NCBI RefSeq assembly: GCF_964204645.1 | Contig: NC_134029.1 | Location: 1,612,001 to 1,676,000 of the forward strand | Direction: 5' to 3' | Length of the DNA stretch: 64,000 nucleotides | DNA from: Tubulanus polymorphus | Taxonomy: Eukaryota > Animalia > Nemertea | In this document: positions 13,256 through 26,700 of the stretch, piece by piece | Position numbering within the stretch: the stretch's first letter is position 1 | Layout of the letters: each line of letters opens with the position of its first letter | Translations under genes and position numbers: made by a program | Notes under the pieces: generated by a model | What the model was told of the DNA's origin: nothing | What the model saw: the letters and a program-made list of their open reading frames with translations, nothing else | Database searches by the model: none

Positions 13256-16200
13256 TCACACTTTCGACAAGGTTTGTTGCTGTTGTCCGTGAATGCCAGC
13301 GACATTGTTACCGGTATCCGACGACGACATCAACGACTGCATCTCGTTACAGTAGTCGGATTCGCTCGAACGCGCGCTTTCTAAAACGGTCTCTTCATCG
13401 TCGTCCGGTTGATCGGATAATAAACAAACGGCTCCTCGCGTCGTCGTATCGTGACACTCGATATCGGGAGGTTCTAAATGTAATACTTGAATGTGTGTAT
13501 CGGAATCATCATTGTCTATGATGTCATTGTCTCGGAGCATCGCTCTCGTCGGAGTCGCCGATGAATGATCAGTTGTAAGAGTCGTTTGAGTATTTGCGAC
13601 TACTGTTTCTACATCGTTCGTATCGGCGACGACGTCCACAACTCGATTGTTACTGCCGCGATTATTCACACTTTCACAACTTCCGTTAACCTGCGTACAG
13701 AATAATTCAATACTGTCAATGAACGCGTCGGATCAAATATACGACCCAGTTCCACAGTTGTGAGTTTAGAGTTAACTCATTGAAAATGAACTAATGAAGT
13801 TACACAACTGTGGAACTGGATCCAGGATGTTTAATCAATATAGACTTCATCGCGATGAATTTTTTACTATGAGAACAATTGACTTTCACCAGCGCAACTG
13901 GTTTTGACAGACTTATCTAAAAGTGGAGAGTTCGCAATCGTTCTAAAAAGCGCTTGCCTCAAGATTTCATGAAAACCAATCAAATCTCACCGAGACGTCT
14001 GACACTAACTCCAGGGCAGTCGGGGCAGGGATGGGTCGTTGCCCGGGGCACGCCATCATCGTTGGCTATTCGTTACTTAAAATCATTTGGTACATCGGTT
14101 ATTACATTTTCCGATCCTGGCTACACCTCTCATCAGCTGGTGTTACTTAGGTTAGGGATGCTGAAGGACATCTCAACTGGTTCTAAATGATATTCGATTC
14201 TGAGGGCATTATTTACTTACATGGAAGCCATAAGCTTTTAAAATATCCATTTTACACATAGGACAACTTCTCTGTTCTAACAGCCATGGATCGACGCAAG
14301 ATTTGTGAAATACATGTCTAAAAATATGAACAAATATTTCATCAAAACCAAACACAAACGCACAAACATGTCTGACAGGCCAATAAACAGACACCGACTG
14401 ACCAGAACTTGGTCAGCGAGCCACAAACTGGTCACAAACTGGTCCATTAAAGGCTATTCAAAACAAGGTCATCATCCTGTCGACTGATGCCTAGTTGATT
14501 CATTTGAATTAATGCAATATGAAACAGAGTTAGTGGAAATAACATTATCATTACAAACCTCTTCATGTATTTTTGGTTAAAGTCTAATTAATAAATCTAG
14601 ATCATACCAGTAGAGGGCAGCAGGAGTGCGTTCATACTTACTTGCACGGCAATATGCGTACTACATCATGTGTTTTATAGCCCTCAATACAAACTGCGCA
14701 TGGATCAAAGTCTGGGGTTGTCTCCTAAAAATATAATTTAATACAAGCGTTCAATGATGATTCATTTCTACAACATTTGAATATCACATAAAACAGTGAG
14801 AAAACTACACCACACGCTATAGAGATTTATATAAATATTACTGAATATGATTTATGTAATAAAGAGTGAGAGAAGTGAGAGGGAAAGAGAGAGAGGACTG
14901 TTTTTTTTAACATAGATCAATTGATTGATCAGAAATCAATAATTTGCTAAGGCGTAAAGCTGATATAATATGTCTGTAGGAATGGATCGCGTGTTTGAAA
15001 TTCCAATGAGAGAGGAGAGTATGATGGGAGAGCCAGTCACGAGATGACGACTTCTGGATTCATGCCAAAATTCTTAAAACATTTCATTCTAGATACAATA
15101 GGCTCCATTCATTATGACATAGATAGTCTTCTTAATTGAAAATAAGCCGAAATTTGATAACCTTTATTCGAGTTTTTAGAGCACGCGCACACGACGCACT
15201 AGAGTTCAACTTGATTCGTTCAAGCTGGTTACAAAACTCTCTATAGGTAAAACACATATTCTTCTCTGTATTACTATTGAATAGTGTTACTGCTGAATTC
15301 AGGTAAAAAAGATCAGCGAACACACCTGCAGCACTGAACATTCCCGGCCTTAACTCAATAGGCTTATTACTCACAAACGCATGTTTTGACTCATCTTATT
15401 ATTGGACGCGTTTTTTTTTTTTTAAATGAATCCATTTCAAAAAGCAGAATTTTTGTCGATTGCGTAAGCAGTTCGCGAAAATATCGGAAATCATTATCAG
15501 ATATGAGAAGAATGTGTGAGGATATATCCAACATGTACGCATATCGCAGAAAGATTATATCAATATTCTCTCTATTGAAATCGATGGAGGCTCAGAAAAT
15601 ATCATGATATTTACGCGTAGATTGATGTTATATGCTAATCATCATGTATGTAGTATAGATAGCTATATGATTGCGGCACATACGCAGCAGCTAGTCTAGA
15701 CTTTTAAAAAGTGTATTTATCGGGGTTTGGAGTAAGAGGGGTACGTATAATGGTATAATGGTATACTAGTGACATCATGCTCGGTAAGAACAGCAGCGGC
15801 ATGAATACCTTATCTCCATTTTTAACGGCGCGCAGAGGTATTTTAGTTATGGCTTTCTTCGCAGCACTTGCCAGTCGTCTCTACAAGAAGAAAATATGAA
15901 CTAACTGTAATTATGTACACACATATATATATACTGCACACTGTATGTAGAAATATTGAACAACACAATTTACTCGACTTTTTCCTGGGAAAACAAGAGA
16001 TACAGCAAGACGAAACCCATAGCAATAATCAGTTACAATTTTCTGGCTCGTTTTGTGACTTTTGTTCACAGTTTCAAGTTTCTGAACACCGCTTACAACC
16101 CAAAACAGTATATCTGTTCGGTGTTTATATCTAACAAGCTCCGAGGCTCGAATCAATTGATGATTAACTGAATTCACGTAGAAGTTAGGTAACTGACTGG

Positions 16201-19200
16201 TTTGAGAAGGGAAGAACCCAAAACACATTTTTGACCGCAAAATAGTTATATATGTATAAATACGTGATGTCTGACAAAAATGGGGATCCGAATCGGTCAA
16301 TCGACTGAGAAAATAAAGAAATTCCAGCTTCAATCATTGAAGCTCTTCACTGCACCATGAGTTCATAGATAAACCCCTTGTCTGACATTGACTGGGGCTT
16401 AAATACAGCTAGTGGGGCTTTAAAATGGTGCCCAGATCTGTTTGTGAAGTAGAGGGTATAGTATACAACTACCTAACTAGGATCGAGGCTCGAAGCGACA
16501 CAGTTTACTCTCAACAATCATCTCAATAATATATTCATCGAACAGACGGCACACCAGTTACCATGGTAACAAAAATAGCACATTTTCTCGCAACCTGTTG
16601 TAGTAGTACGAGTAGTAGACACTGATAGATAGCTGCTGCTGCTGCTGCGGTCAACTGGCTCTCTGTCTGTCTGTATGCAGCAGCTACAACTGAAGCAGCG
16701 TTTTAATCATCGTAGTTTGCTATTTAGAGGACACGTTAGAAATCCTCGAGTTTGGGGGGGGGGAGGGTGTTTCATCATGAAGTACGTACAACCCGCAATA
16801 CTTAGAGCAGCCCTTAACGACTTCAAGGGCAATATCAAAAATATCGTTAATGTATTTAGAACAATAGTGCAATTATTTCAGGAAAATTATTTTCTTTTCT
16901 TAAGGACACTGAACCAGAACACCATTTTAAATTATCTATTCAGTTTTTGGAATATTTAAAAAAAGACCTCGAAACTGTTGCTCCTGGATCGACACATGTC
17001 ATAGACGCAACGCCGAGTATTTTCAGGTAAATTTTGCAAGCACGTTTCCTAAACAAACTACGTATTGGAAGTTTAACTTACCGAAAGTCGTTCTTTCGCG
17101 TGGGCGTACCGGAATCTTTGAATATAGTAAAACACGAGCCAGGCAAGAGATATAATCATCAGAACGATGAACGAAATTGACACGAATAAAACCGACGTCT
17201 TATTGATACTAGTCGGAGGTAAAGGGTGCGATTTACCACGCGTTATATAAACTGTCACTTTAGTATTATTAGCCATCACACTCGTCATGAATAAACCAGA
17301 TTCTCTCGAGATGAAAACAGAGACGACATCATCCACTGAAAATATATCAATAACGAATCTAAATACATTTCATAATTCTCTAATATTTCATTCAACCAAA
17401 AATTCCATCGATGAATTATAAGATATCCTCGGTGAGGGTTGTTTCTTATCGAGAGGTTCCTCGCGTCACTCTTCACCAGCAACAACAACAATGAAGAGAC
17501 TCAAATCCCCGACTTGTCCATTATTTTCCTGACAAGAGTCAGAATTCTGCGATCTGAAATTCCCTGAGAACCCTGGCAATACTAGACACAATTCAGATAA
17601 TTCATATTTGAGTGAGGTGGGCGAATTTCGTCGTCACAATTTTGATGATACAGGCACCATGGAGTGAGAGCTCGAATATAACTTAAATATGACAATTTAA
17701 CCAAAACTTTGGAGATATCTCAAATCAATGAAATCGAATCAAAACGGAATATCGCTTGTAAAATTGTTCAATCGTTTCCCTGGGAATAAAAAAAAAAAAT
17801 AGAAAAACAATGGAATGGATGGAACGAAGAGAGAGGGGGATGGACCGTACAACAACTGACAAACACACACTATTGAATCTTAGAATATCTGACACTGTAC
17901 AAAGAAACAGCAAACACTAACAACTTTCCTGACTGACTGAATTATCAATTCAACATTAACCTTACTAAAAACTCTACCTACAAATCTGTTAAAAGAACAA
18001 CTTCGAATTCAAAAAACATAATTGAACGTAATTATATCTACCTAAATAGCAGCAGTCGCAAGTCCACGGTATCGACGAAATAAAACCCGAAATGTGGAAA
18101 AACTGACGACAAAAAGAAATACAGGCACACAAATAAACAACAGCTTACATAGGACACACTCCGCGTGAATATATCATATCATCAGCGGTTTAGATAACCA
18201 GTCAGGTTATATCAGTTATAAATAAAAATAACTGAATCAAATTCCAGATAACGAAGATAAGTGTGTCCTGCAGTGGGCTTACATAAATCTATACATACCC
18301 TCGGATCCTAGCGAGAACTCTGGCGAAATTATAGGGCCTACATAAACAATAAATATAGTTATCATTGAATAATTACCGACGGAAGGTCGAACTTCATCCA
18401 TAAACAACAAACATTATTTTTTTCGTTTCAAAGTTTTATCAACTATTTACGAAATGAATATCGGTATTACCGGCGGTATTCATTTCTCTTGTTTTTTTTA
18501 AATATAACGAATGAATAACAACGTGTTTACGGTCATGTAGAGATTCGTGTTAAAAAACAAACAACGTCGAAAGTAGTTCACAGTAGAGAGAGTGAAAATA
18601 TTACATCACGGCTATAACTAAAAGCAACGAGGCTAGTAGAGTAGAGTGTGTAGCTGCTTAGGGAGGTAAGTTATGAACACTTGACGCGTGTAACAGTCTC
18701 AATTATCCCTATATAATCAAAACCCCCTTGTAGTAAAGTTACTATTCAAAGCACACTGTTTATGAATGTTGATATAGCTGGATACACACGAGGGGGGACC
18801 AGGGTCCCAAATAGTACACGCGGCTCCAAATAAACAACATATAATCAATTCACTACAAAACATGCATCAATAAACACTGACCGATGAAAAGCGCCAAGAA
18901 GGGTATATAAATATAATGTCTAATTGTTCGTGGAGGTAATTTATAATTCTCTTTGAATTAAGCGAGAACTTGGGGGTAGGTTAAACTATATATAATACAG
19001 CTGTCCTTAAATACTACTGGATAGAAACAAAATCACGAATCTATAATAATGATGTTACGAATACACACGAAAGAGACATACCATAAATAGATTGGGACCC
19101 CAGTTTAGGATGTATATGCATTCGACCACGTACTGATATTATAGCTGCAACAAAATAGACAGGAAAAAATTGTTTGCCCACTAATTTTCATGTACTTTCT

Positions 19201-22200
19201 ACGACTTAAGAGAAAAAAAAACCGTGGAATCATTCCCGCGAAAATCTGCTGAATTTTAAAACGATTAATCTTGATATTGTTTTGTTTGAAGCATGCTGCT
19301 CTATTGCTTTACGCGTGAATTTTCACTTGAAGCCCGAAATATTTAACAACGAACATCGAAACATAGCGGTTTCCGGCGTAGCAGTTCTAGTATCAACTAT
19401 ATACGATCTCCTCAAGTTATCATTGTCTAAACCTCCATGATGCCTGTTCAGTTGGGGAGGGACAGTTATTTTTCACCTACAGATTTGATGCATATATTCA
19501 TGTTACAATTAACTCAAATAAAGCTAATTAGCACCTTAAATACAAGTTGTGAGAGATGTTGAAGACAGGTGGGCGCTGGCTAGAGATGAGGCGATAATGA
19601 ATGACTCAATAATTTCAGGAGTTCTGAACGGGTAATCAAATATTGCCCACGCGGAAACCTGTGACATACAGGGCCCAGTTTTAACTAAATTCCAGGTCGC
19701 TGGTCCGGGCCCTGGCTACCGGTGTATACTGCGGTCCCTGGTCCGGGCCCTGGCTACCGGTGTATACTGCGGTCGCTGGTCCGGGCCCTGGCTACCGGTG
19801 AATACTGCGGTCGCTGGTCCGGGCCCTGGCTACCGGTGTATACTGCGGTCGCTGGTCCGGGCCCTGGCTACCGGTGTATACTGCGGTCGCTGGTTCGGGC
19901 CCTGGCTACCATTGTATAGTGCAGTCGCTGGTCCGGGCCCTGGCTACCGGTGTATACTGCGGTCGCTGGTCCGGGCCCTGGCTACTGGTGTATACTGCGG
20001 TCGGTGGTCCGGGCCCTGGCTACCATTGTATACTGCGGTCGCTGGTCCGGGCCCTGGCTACTGGTGTATACTGCGGTCGGTGGTCCGGGCCCTGGCTACC
20101 ATTGTATACTGCGGTCGCTGGTCCGGGCCCTGGCTACCGGTGTATACTGCGGTCGCTGGTCCGGGTCCGGGCCCTGGCTACCGGTGTATACTGCGGTCGC
20201 TGGTCCGGGCCCTGGCTACCGGTGTATACTGCGGTCGCTGGTCCGGGCCCTGGCTACCGGTGTATACTGCGGTCGCTGGTCCGGGCCCTGGCTACCGGTG
20301 TATACTGCGGTCGCTGGTCCGGGCCCTGGCTACCGGTGTATACTGCGGTCGCTGGTCCGGGCCCTGGCTACCGGTGTATACTGCGGTCGCTGGTCCGGGC
20401 CCTGGCTACCATTGTATAGTGCAGTCGCTGGTCCGGGCCCTGGCTACCGGTGTATACTGCGGTCGCTGGTCCGGGCCCTGGCTACCGGTGTATACTGCGG
20501 TCGGTGGTCCGGGCACTGGCTACCGTTGTATACTGCGGTCGCTGGTCCGGGCCCTGGCTACCGGTGTATACTGCGGTCGCTGGTCCGGGCCCTGGCTACC
20601 GGTGTATACTGCGGTCGCTGGTCCGGGTCCGGGCCCTGGCTACCGGTGTATACTGCGGTCGCTGGTCCGGGCCCTGGCTACCATTGTATAGTGCAGTCGC
20701 TGGTCCGGGCCCTGGCTACCGGTGTATACTGCGGTCGCTGGTCCGGGCCCTGGCTACCGGTGTATACTGCGGTCGGTGGTCCGGGCCCTGGCTACCGTTG
20801 TATACTGCGGTCGCTGGTCCGGGCCCTGGCTACCGGTGTATACTGCGGTCGCTGGTCCGGGTCCGGGCCCTGGCTACCGGTGTATACTGCGGTCGCTGGT
20901 CCGGGCCCTGGCTACCGGTGTATACTGCGGTCGCTGGTCCGGGTCCTGGCTACCGGTGTATACTGCGGTCGCTGGTCCGGGCCCTGGCTACCGTTGTATA
21001 CTGCGGTCGCTGGTCCGGGCCCTGGCTACCGGTGTATACTGCGGTCGCTGGTCCGGGCCCTGGCTACCGGTGTATACTGTGCGTCTACTATTGAATAAAC
21101 TCACCTCTATGAGATGTGGAATGAATACGATGATTTTGATAATTGAAAGAATCAGCAAAATAATCATCGACTCCAGGGGGAAACATTTGATGCAGTAATT
21201 CTGATAGAAAACCGAATGAAATAGAAATAGCAAAAATACTAAATATCAGAAACTTAAGAGTGGGAGAGGACGTAAAAGAGGGATAAGATGTAAAATAGTA
21301 GGGGGTTCTTCCTCTAGGAGAACCAACATGTTTGCAGTATACAGTAAGGGAACCAACCAAATACATAGAGTAGGGTACAAACTGAATGTCGTACTGATTC
21401 ATGCATGATTAAGTCGCAAGGGGGCGATACTTTACAAAACAATAAAATGAAAAGACAAATTGCGTTAAACCTTTAAGGAAGAGGATATTATGCCGATTGG
21501 GCATTATTCTAGTATTCAAGTAAATGCTCTGACCTTTAATTACGGGCCTGTTTGAAATGTCTGTATTACTCTGGGAGTCAGACCTGGGTTCAGAATCATA
21601 AACAAATCTTATCAAATCTTCTGCTTAACCGTTTTGAGCTGAAATATTTGCGGGGTGAACCCTGATTGTCGTCTAGTGGTAGAACAGTACACTAGCGCAC
21701 AGTACTGCATGCTGGGTTCAAATCCCATTTTATCACTAATCTGATTTGACGCTTTCTCGAATTATCTAATCCTGTGATGCCTGTAACCAATCAGGGCAAA
21801 ATAGTGTTTACAAGAACAAAATATTACACATCATATAGACCTTTGTCAAGCGCAAATTATTGTTCCCTAACCCCAATTCATTTTACAGTATACGCCTAAT
21901 ATCAGCATTATCCTAACCTGTACAAATGCGCATATGCACTTTCCCTATTTATATCCATAGGGAGAGGGGGGGGGGGGGGGGTAACAATACCGCATCGGCT
22001 CAAAATCCACTTCCAAACCTAAAACTAAAGTAAAAAGCAGTAAATGATAAATGAATAGTTGAATCTTACCGTCGTGTTCCATGATGGTCGGATTATGTAA
22101 ACTATGATCCGTTACGTTATCGTAAATAATCACAGCCGAAGCGTTCGCTATTTTCGCCGCGTTGTTTATTTTCACGTGAAATCGACAATCGCCGCGTTCG

Positions 22201-22583
22201 ATTAACGCGATCCAACGTCCGCTCGACGGGATGTTACTCGGAGGTGTACATCCGTCCGATTTATTCCCGTTACGAACGTGCACCAACATTCCGTAATCGT
22301 CCGCTAATTTACCATTCGTACCGAATATCCCGTCCTTGCGCACGTGGTACGTGATTTTGCCCGTTTGACTATCGTGCCACGTTATATTGATGTGCGCCAC
22401 TGTTATTTCCTTAGGCATATTTTCACTCTCAGCGCGACAATAAAATTCTACGGCTAAATTCTGCCACAGCATCAAACACCACAACATCAAAGTCCACCAT
22501 CTTGTATGATGAGATATAAACAGGATCGTGAACGTATTTAAGATTAATCGACCCATCGAACAGAAGCTACGCAATAAATTCAT
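13256..22583 (-). CDS. PA-TM-RING E3 ubiquitin ligase, goliath/RNF130/RNF150 family (about 484 aa, 6 coding exons)
   Basis: Exons 22583-22070, 17335-17082, 15880-15809, 14724-14642, 14317-14221, 13690-13256 are phase-consistent. PA domain [16 protein letters not shown]; [32 protein letters not shown]; RING-H2 CAVCIE...[26 protein letters not shown]. The exact start ATG is uncertain. Confidence 0.93.
13743..13823. mobile_element. MITE family A copy
   Basis: GACCCAGTTCCACAGTTGTGAG...CACAACTGTGGAACTGGATCC. Confidence 0.75.
16557..16570. promoter_or_regulatory. Perfect RFX X-box GTTACCATGGTAAC in intron 2 of the RING gene
   Basis: Exact palindromic consensus. Confidence 0.6.
19695..21079. repeat. 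GC-rich minisatellite, 38-bp unit GGTCGCTGGTCCGGGCCCTGGCTACCGGTGTATACTGC x about 36, in intron 1 of the RING gene
   Basis: Read directly; 68% GC unit; three units carry a 6-bp CCGGGT duplication (44 bp). Confidence 0.97.
21662..21736 (+). pseudogene. Degenerate tRNA-like sequence (tRNA pseudogene or SINE head)
   Basis: A-box-like GTCTAGTGGTAG and B-box GGTTCAAATCC at tRNA-like spacing; stems are poorly paired. Confidence 0.5.
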
Positions 22584-23369
22584 GTTTAAAATAATCTGAA
22601 AACCTTGCTGAATTCACAGATACCTCTTTACCGCCGCTCGTAAACCGATAAACAGCGCTATCTCAGTAAATATCACGACTCATTTTACTCCCGACATCTC
22701 TCGATACGTCTTTACATACAACGATATGTTTTGATCCGTGACGTCATTTGTACCACGTGACCGCATTCATTCATGGCCCTCTCGTAACCTGTAGAGGGCG
22801 CCACCAGAAGGTTATTTTGTAGGCACGTCACCTTATCGGGCCAAGAATAACATGTAATATTTATTCTTAGAACTAAAGAATCATATTTGATGGAATTCTG
22901 TTCAAAGCTGAGCCCTTCGAGTGAACACTTGTTGTCTAATTATCTATTAGGAACTCTGATGTCCTTTTTGTGATTATTCCCGATTATTCCTTGCCACCAT
23001 AATATTGATACCAGGTATTCCACTTGTAAACTAAGATCCATTTCCACATTCAACCCAACAATCATCAGAATAAACTATTAGTTCAAATATTGACTACTAA
23101 ACCATTTTATTAGAAAAGAATGTGTGTAATAAATGACATTTAAGCAAATTTGCTTTTTGATCATTGCACCAATCAGATAAACATTCAACGATAACAATTA
23201 GACCCAGTAACACATCTGAATCACCTTCTTGGTTTACAGTAAGTACAGTATAAAATACTTATAAGTTGAAAAACCATTGACAAGAACTGGGGGTCCAAAG
23301 ATACCATGCCCACTAAAGTCCCAAGTGGGTGAATCCTAGGCAGAAATTATTTCTAATACAAGCAAACAC

Positions 23370-23534
23370 CAGGGCTCGGTTTCATAGACTGAGTATCAAA
23401 GTTATCCCTAGGGGTAAATCCTCAATTTGGGTAACAACCACCATAGTAACAATGAGAAACCATGGTTATAACTGACAAATTTTAAAATGTTCCCAGGGAC
23501 TATTTTTCGGCCACATCTATGAAACCCAGCCCTG
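23370..23534. mobile_element. MITE family C copy, downstream of the ANKLE2 stop
   Basis: CAG|GGCTCGGTTTCATAGA...TCTATGAAACCCAGCC|CTG. Confidence 0.75.
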
Positions 23535-23739
23535 GAGCTAAAATCGTATATGTGCAGTAAACTATGTTTACCCTCTGATTATCAAGTGCCCTGACTGGAA
23601 GCTGCTTGCCACAGAGACGACAACATGTGCTCCGCCAATAAATAGCTAATCAAGAACTAATAATTAATTGGTTCCGAAAATCTGAGGCAAGTGGACCAGA
23701 GACTACTGAATCTAGTCAAACAACCCAGATACTTCAACT

Positions 23740-26700
23740 TCAACTTTCACTACCAACTGATGCCTCTTCATTAGAAAGAAAAGATTCCATCAAATTCTTC
23801 TTCGGAGATGTTTCCAGTTCATTTGTGGCCTTGTATCGACTCAAAGCTCGTTTTACATTAGCAGGACTCGGCCAACTGTGGGAAAAAATATAACAGATTT
23901 AACTCTCAAAGAAACTGTTATTGTCATAAATAGAATAAAAAGTCTACAATGATTACTGACCTATTCATCTCCTGTTCGCTGTAAGAAGTCACACTCATCT
24001 TCCATCGTTCTATGAATGGATATTTGTCAGCAGTTATTTGTTCTAAATGAACAGCTCTCATCACATCTACATCCAGTTTAGTCGGCGTTTTTCTGTCAAA
24101 AAGATGAAAATATCTTCCATATTTTATAGGTGGATCTAGGGTCTGATTCAGGAATGGGTGCACGCCCAAAAAAGGGCATATTAGAGAAAAGATTTAAACT
24201 TGTTTAGGCATCAGTTAAAAAAATTTCATTTTGCCATAAAATGTCTGGGCAAGTTGACATTTTTGGAGGTGAGGTGTGCACCCCGGCAGTAAAGTGACTA
24301 TAGGGCTGAGTAGACTACGTTTGCCTCAGGGTGATTGCCTCAACTAATCGCATGCCATAGATGATGAAATCAAAATGTTTACAGTTTTCCTACTGTAGTC
24401 GATATGATGACGACCCTCTCAGATTGCCTTTGAAAATCTATAGGTGTCACAGGATGCAAGGCAATCGGAGTCTGCTGTAGGGTTCGTTACGATACCACGG
24501 AAATAGGAGCCATTCTTGATAATAAGCTAATTTTTTTATGCTTGAACAGCCACATATCAAAACCTTACCCTTCGATAAATAGTTTTTTCTGAGACGCGCC
24601 AATGGACTGGATCGGTTTCGTCTGCGGATTGTCCGGCGTCGAGCATGCAACTGGATTCATACGTAGCTTCACCAGATTCTTATTATTCACAGGTGTCGAA
24701 ATATAAACATTGTCCTGAACATCTTGAGAGAATTCACACAGACTATCATAAAATTCATCCTCGCCCTCCTCATCGCTATCATCATCGCATAGAATATTAT
24801 CTAAACTATCGACGGCGTCTTTCCATTCCTCGATATTATCATTATCATTATCGATATCATAGTTATCGATAGAATCGTTTAATTTCAATTGATCCATTCT
24901 CTCGATTAAACTATCAAAACTCGAGTCTGAACTCTGATTAACGCACGTATAACACGACGGTGACCTCATTTCTGGACTGAACGAAGTATTATCCTCATCT
25001 TCCGATAAATCAAAACTATTGTTATTGTGTCTATATTTGTCGCCAGGTGGCGCTGTATGGATGCGCGTAGTACATTGTCCCTCAATCGTCGTGGCGATTG
25101 ATTCTAGATACTTCTCTAATTTATCGAGTCCATTTTCCGATTTAAAATCGACGAAGCTTTTCAGAAACAGCCAGTATTCTTTCCACGGAACTCTCATGTC
25201 TTCTGCCAGCTGTCTGTAAAAACAAACCAGAAATAAGTTCATCCAAGTAGCCCACACTACAACTGTAAATTTGCTCGATTTATCTTGTGTAAAACAGTAC
25301 TTCATGAATCATAAATGCTTCCTTAAAATATACCTTCCATAACGTTCTAGACCTTTATCAATATCCGATCTTCTCCATTGGAAATATCTGCGACGTATTG
25401 AACTGTCTAAAGGACCTCGCGATAACTGATTCTGAAACTTCTCAGCCTGAAATATTATCACACACTACATTCTTACAGATGTCAAAAATTCAGAATCTAA
25501 AAATCTCATATTCCCCAAATATTCTCTAACAGGACGGCCACTTTCTGCCCATTTACAAATTTCTCTGAATTTTCCAGGTTTTTGGTAAAATTTGTCGAAT
25601 TCCCTTAGTTTTTCAAGCTTTCCAGATTTTTTAGGTCAGTGGCCGCCCTACCTAAATCATGAGAGTCTGCTTTATTTCTAAATGGTTCATTGTGCCACTC
25701 ATCATAAAAAAATGTCTCTACCTGACTAGGAGACATTGGTCCAGCAAATGCTCGCACGTGTAATTCTGGATATTTAGGGTTGCTAGCGGCGACAGGAGAC
25801 AGTGGTAACCCAGCAGACGGATTACCGACAGACGGAGGAGCTGTATCGTCGTACGATCGATAAAGCGGTACGTAATGAGACGAGTCAAGAATATTCTCGA
25901 TTTTGCGACGAAGTTCAGATTTTCCATCGTTGATTCGAGATCTCTGTAGAATGATGTCGTACGGAGTTTCGTTGAATTTATTCCTCGTAGTTTTATCGAT
26001 CATCGGATGTAAAGAGAGAACCTCGACGACTTCACAATAACCAAATTTACACGCCAGATGAAGTGGACTTTCCAGAGGCTGAAATAATGAATATTCATGA
26101 AGCACATTATACATTCATGGAGGAGGTCAGATATTGTCTACATCTCTTCCTTTACATGCTTGCCTTGAATCTGATGGGACCAATAAATCATATCTGACGT
26201 ACTTATTGGATACCGGGGGGCAGTTAAAGTGATAATGGGTGGTCATCGCTTGAATTGGAGTAGCAACATTTTTTTACATATTTCATCTGGAGCACGCTAT
26301 AGTCCATAGGAAATCATCTCTGTAGTTCATGCCTTCGGTTAAAAAATCGGCATTTTGAGTGTCCCTTGGAATGATTAGAATTACGGTACCTTTTTGTCCG
26401 GCATATTTAGATAAAGATCGGTGATGAAACTTTGTCGTTGAGTTCGAATTTCGCGTGAATCGTCGGGATACATCAACTTCATGAACCGATCGTCTTGCAA
26501 TGTTTCCAAAATCATTTTACAAATATTCGCTTTGTTACTTTTGGCACAAATATGTAATGCATTATAGCGGAACGCTTCCTAAAAAACACAAACCATCAAT
26601 ATCAATAAATTTGAGCTGTGGTGAGGATGTACAAGGGCTCAAAGTAAATGTTGAATGTCGTTGAAATGTCAACCTAAAAAATGTCGTCAATCATGTAGCG

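Noticed and set aside
19695-21079. CRISPR array
   Set aside because: The 38-bp units are contiguous with no unique spacers, there are no cas genes, and the context is a eukaryotic intron.
19722-21198. Overlapping 65-382 aa ORFs as a real protein
   Set aside because: They arise from a stop-free 38-bp unit read in all three frames, antisense within an intron, with non-ATG starts and no domain similarity.
14607-25057. Further CTCF-like motifs at about 14607-14620 (intron) and about 25040-25054 (ANKLE2 exon)
   Set aside because: Good matches but not at gene junctions; they show the motif also occurs elsewhere, so they were excluded from the junction pattern.
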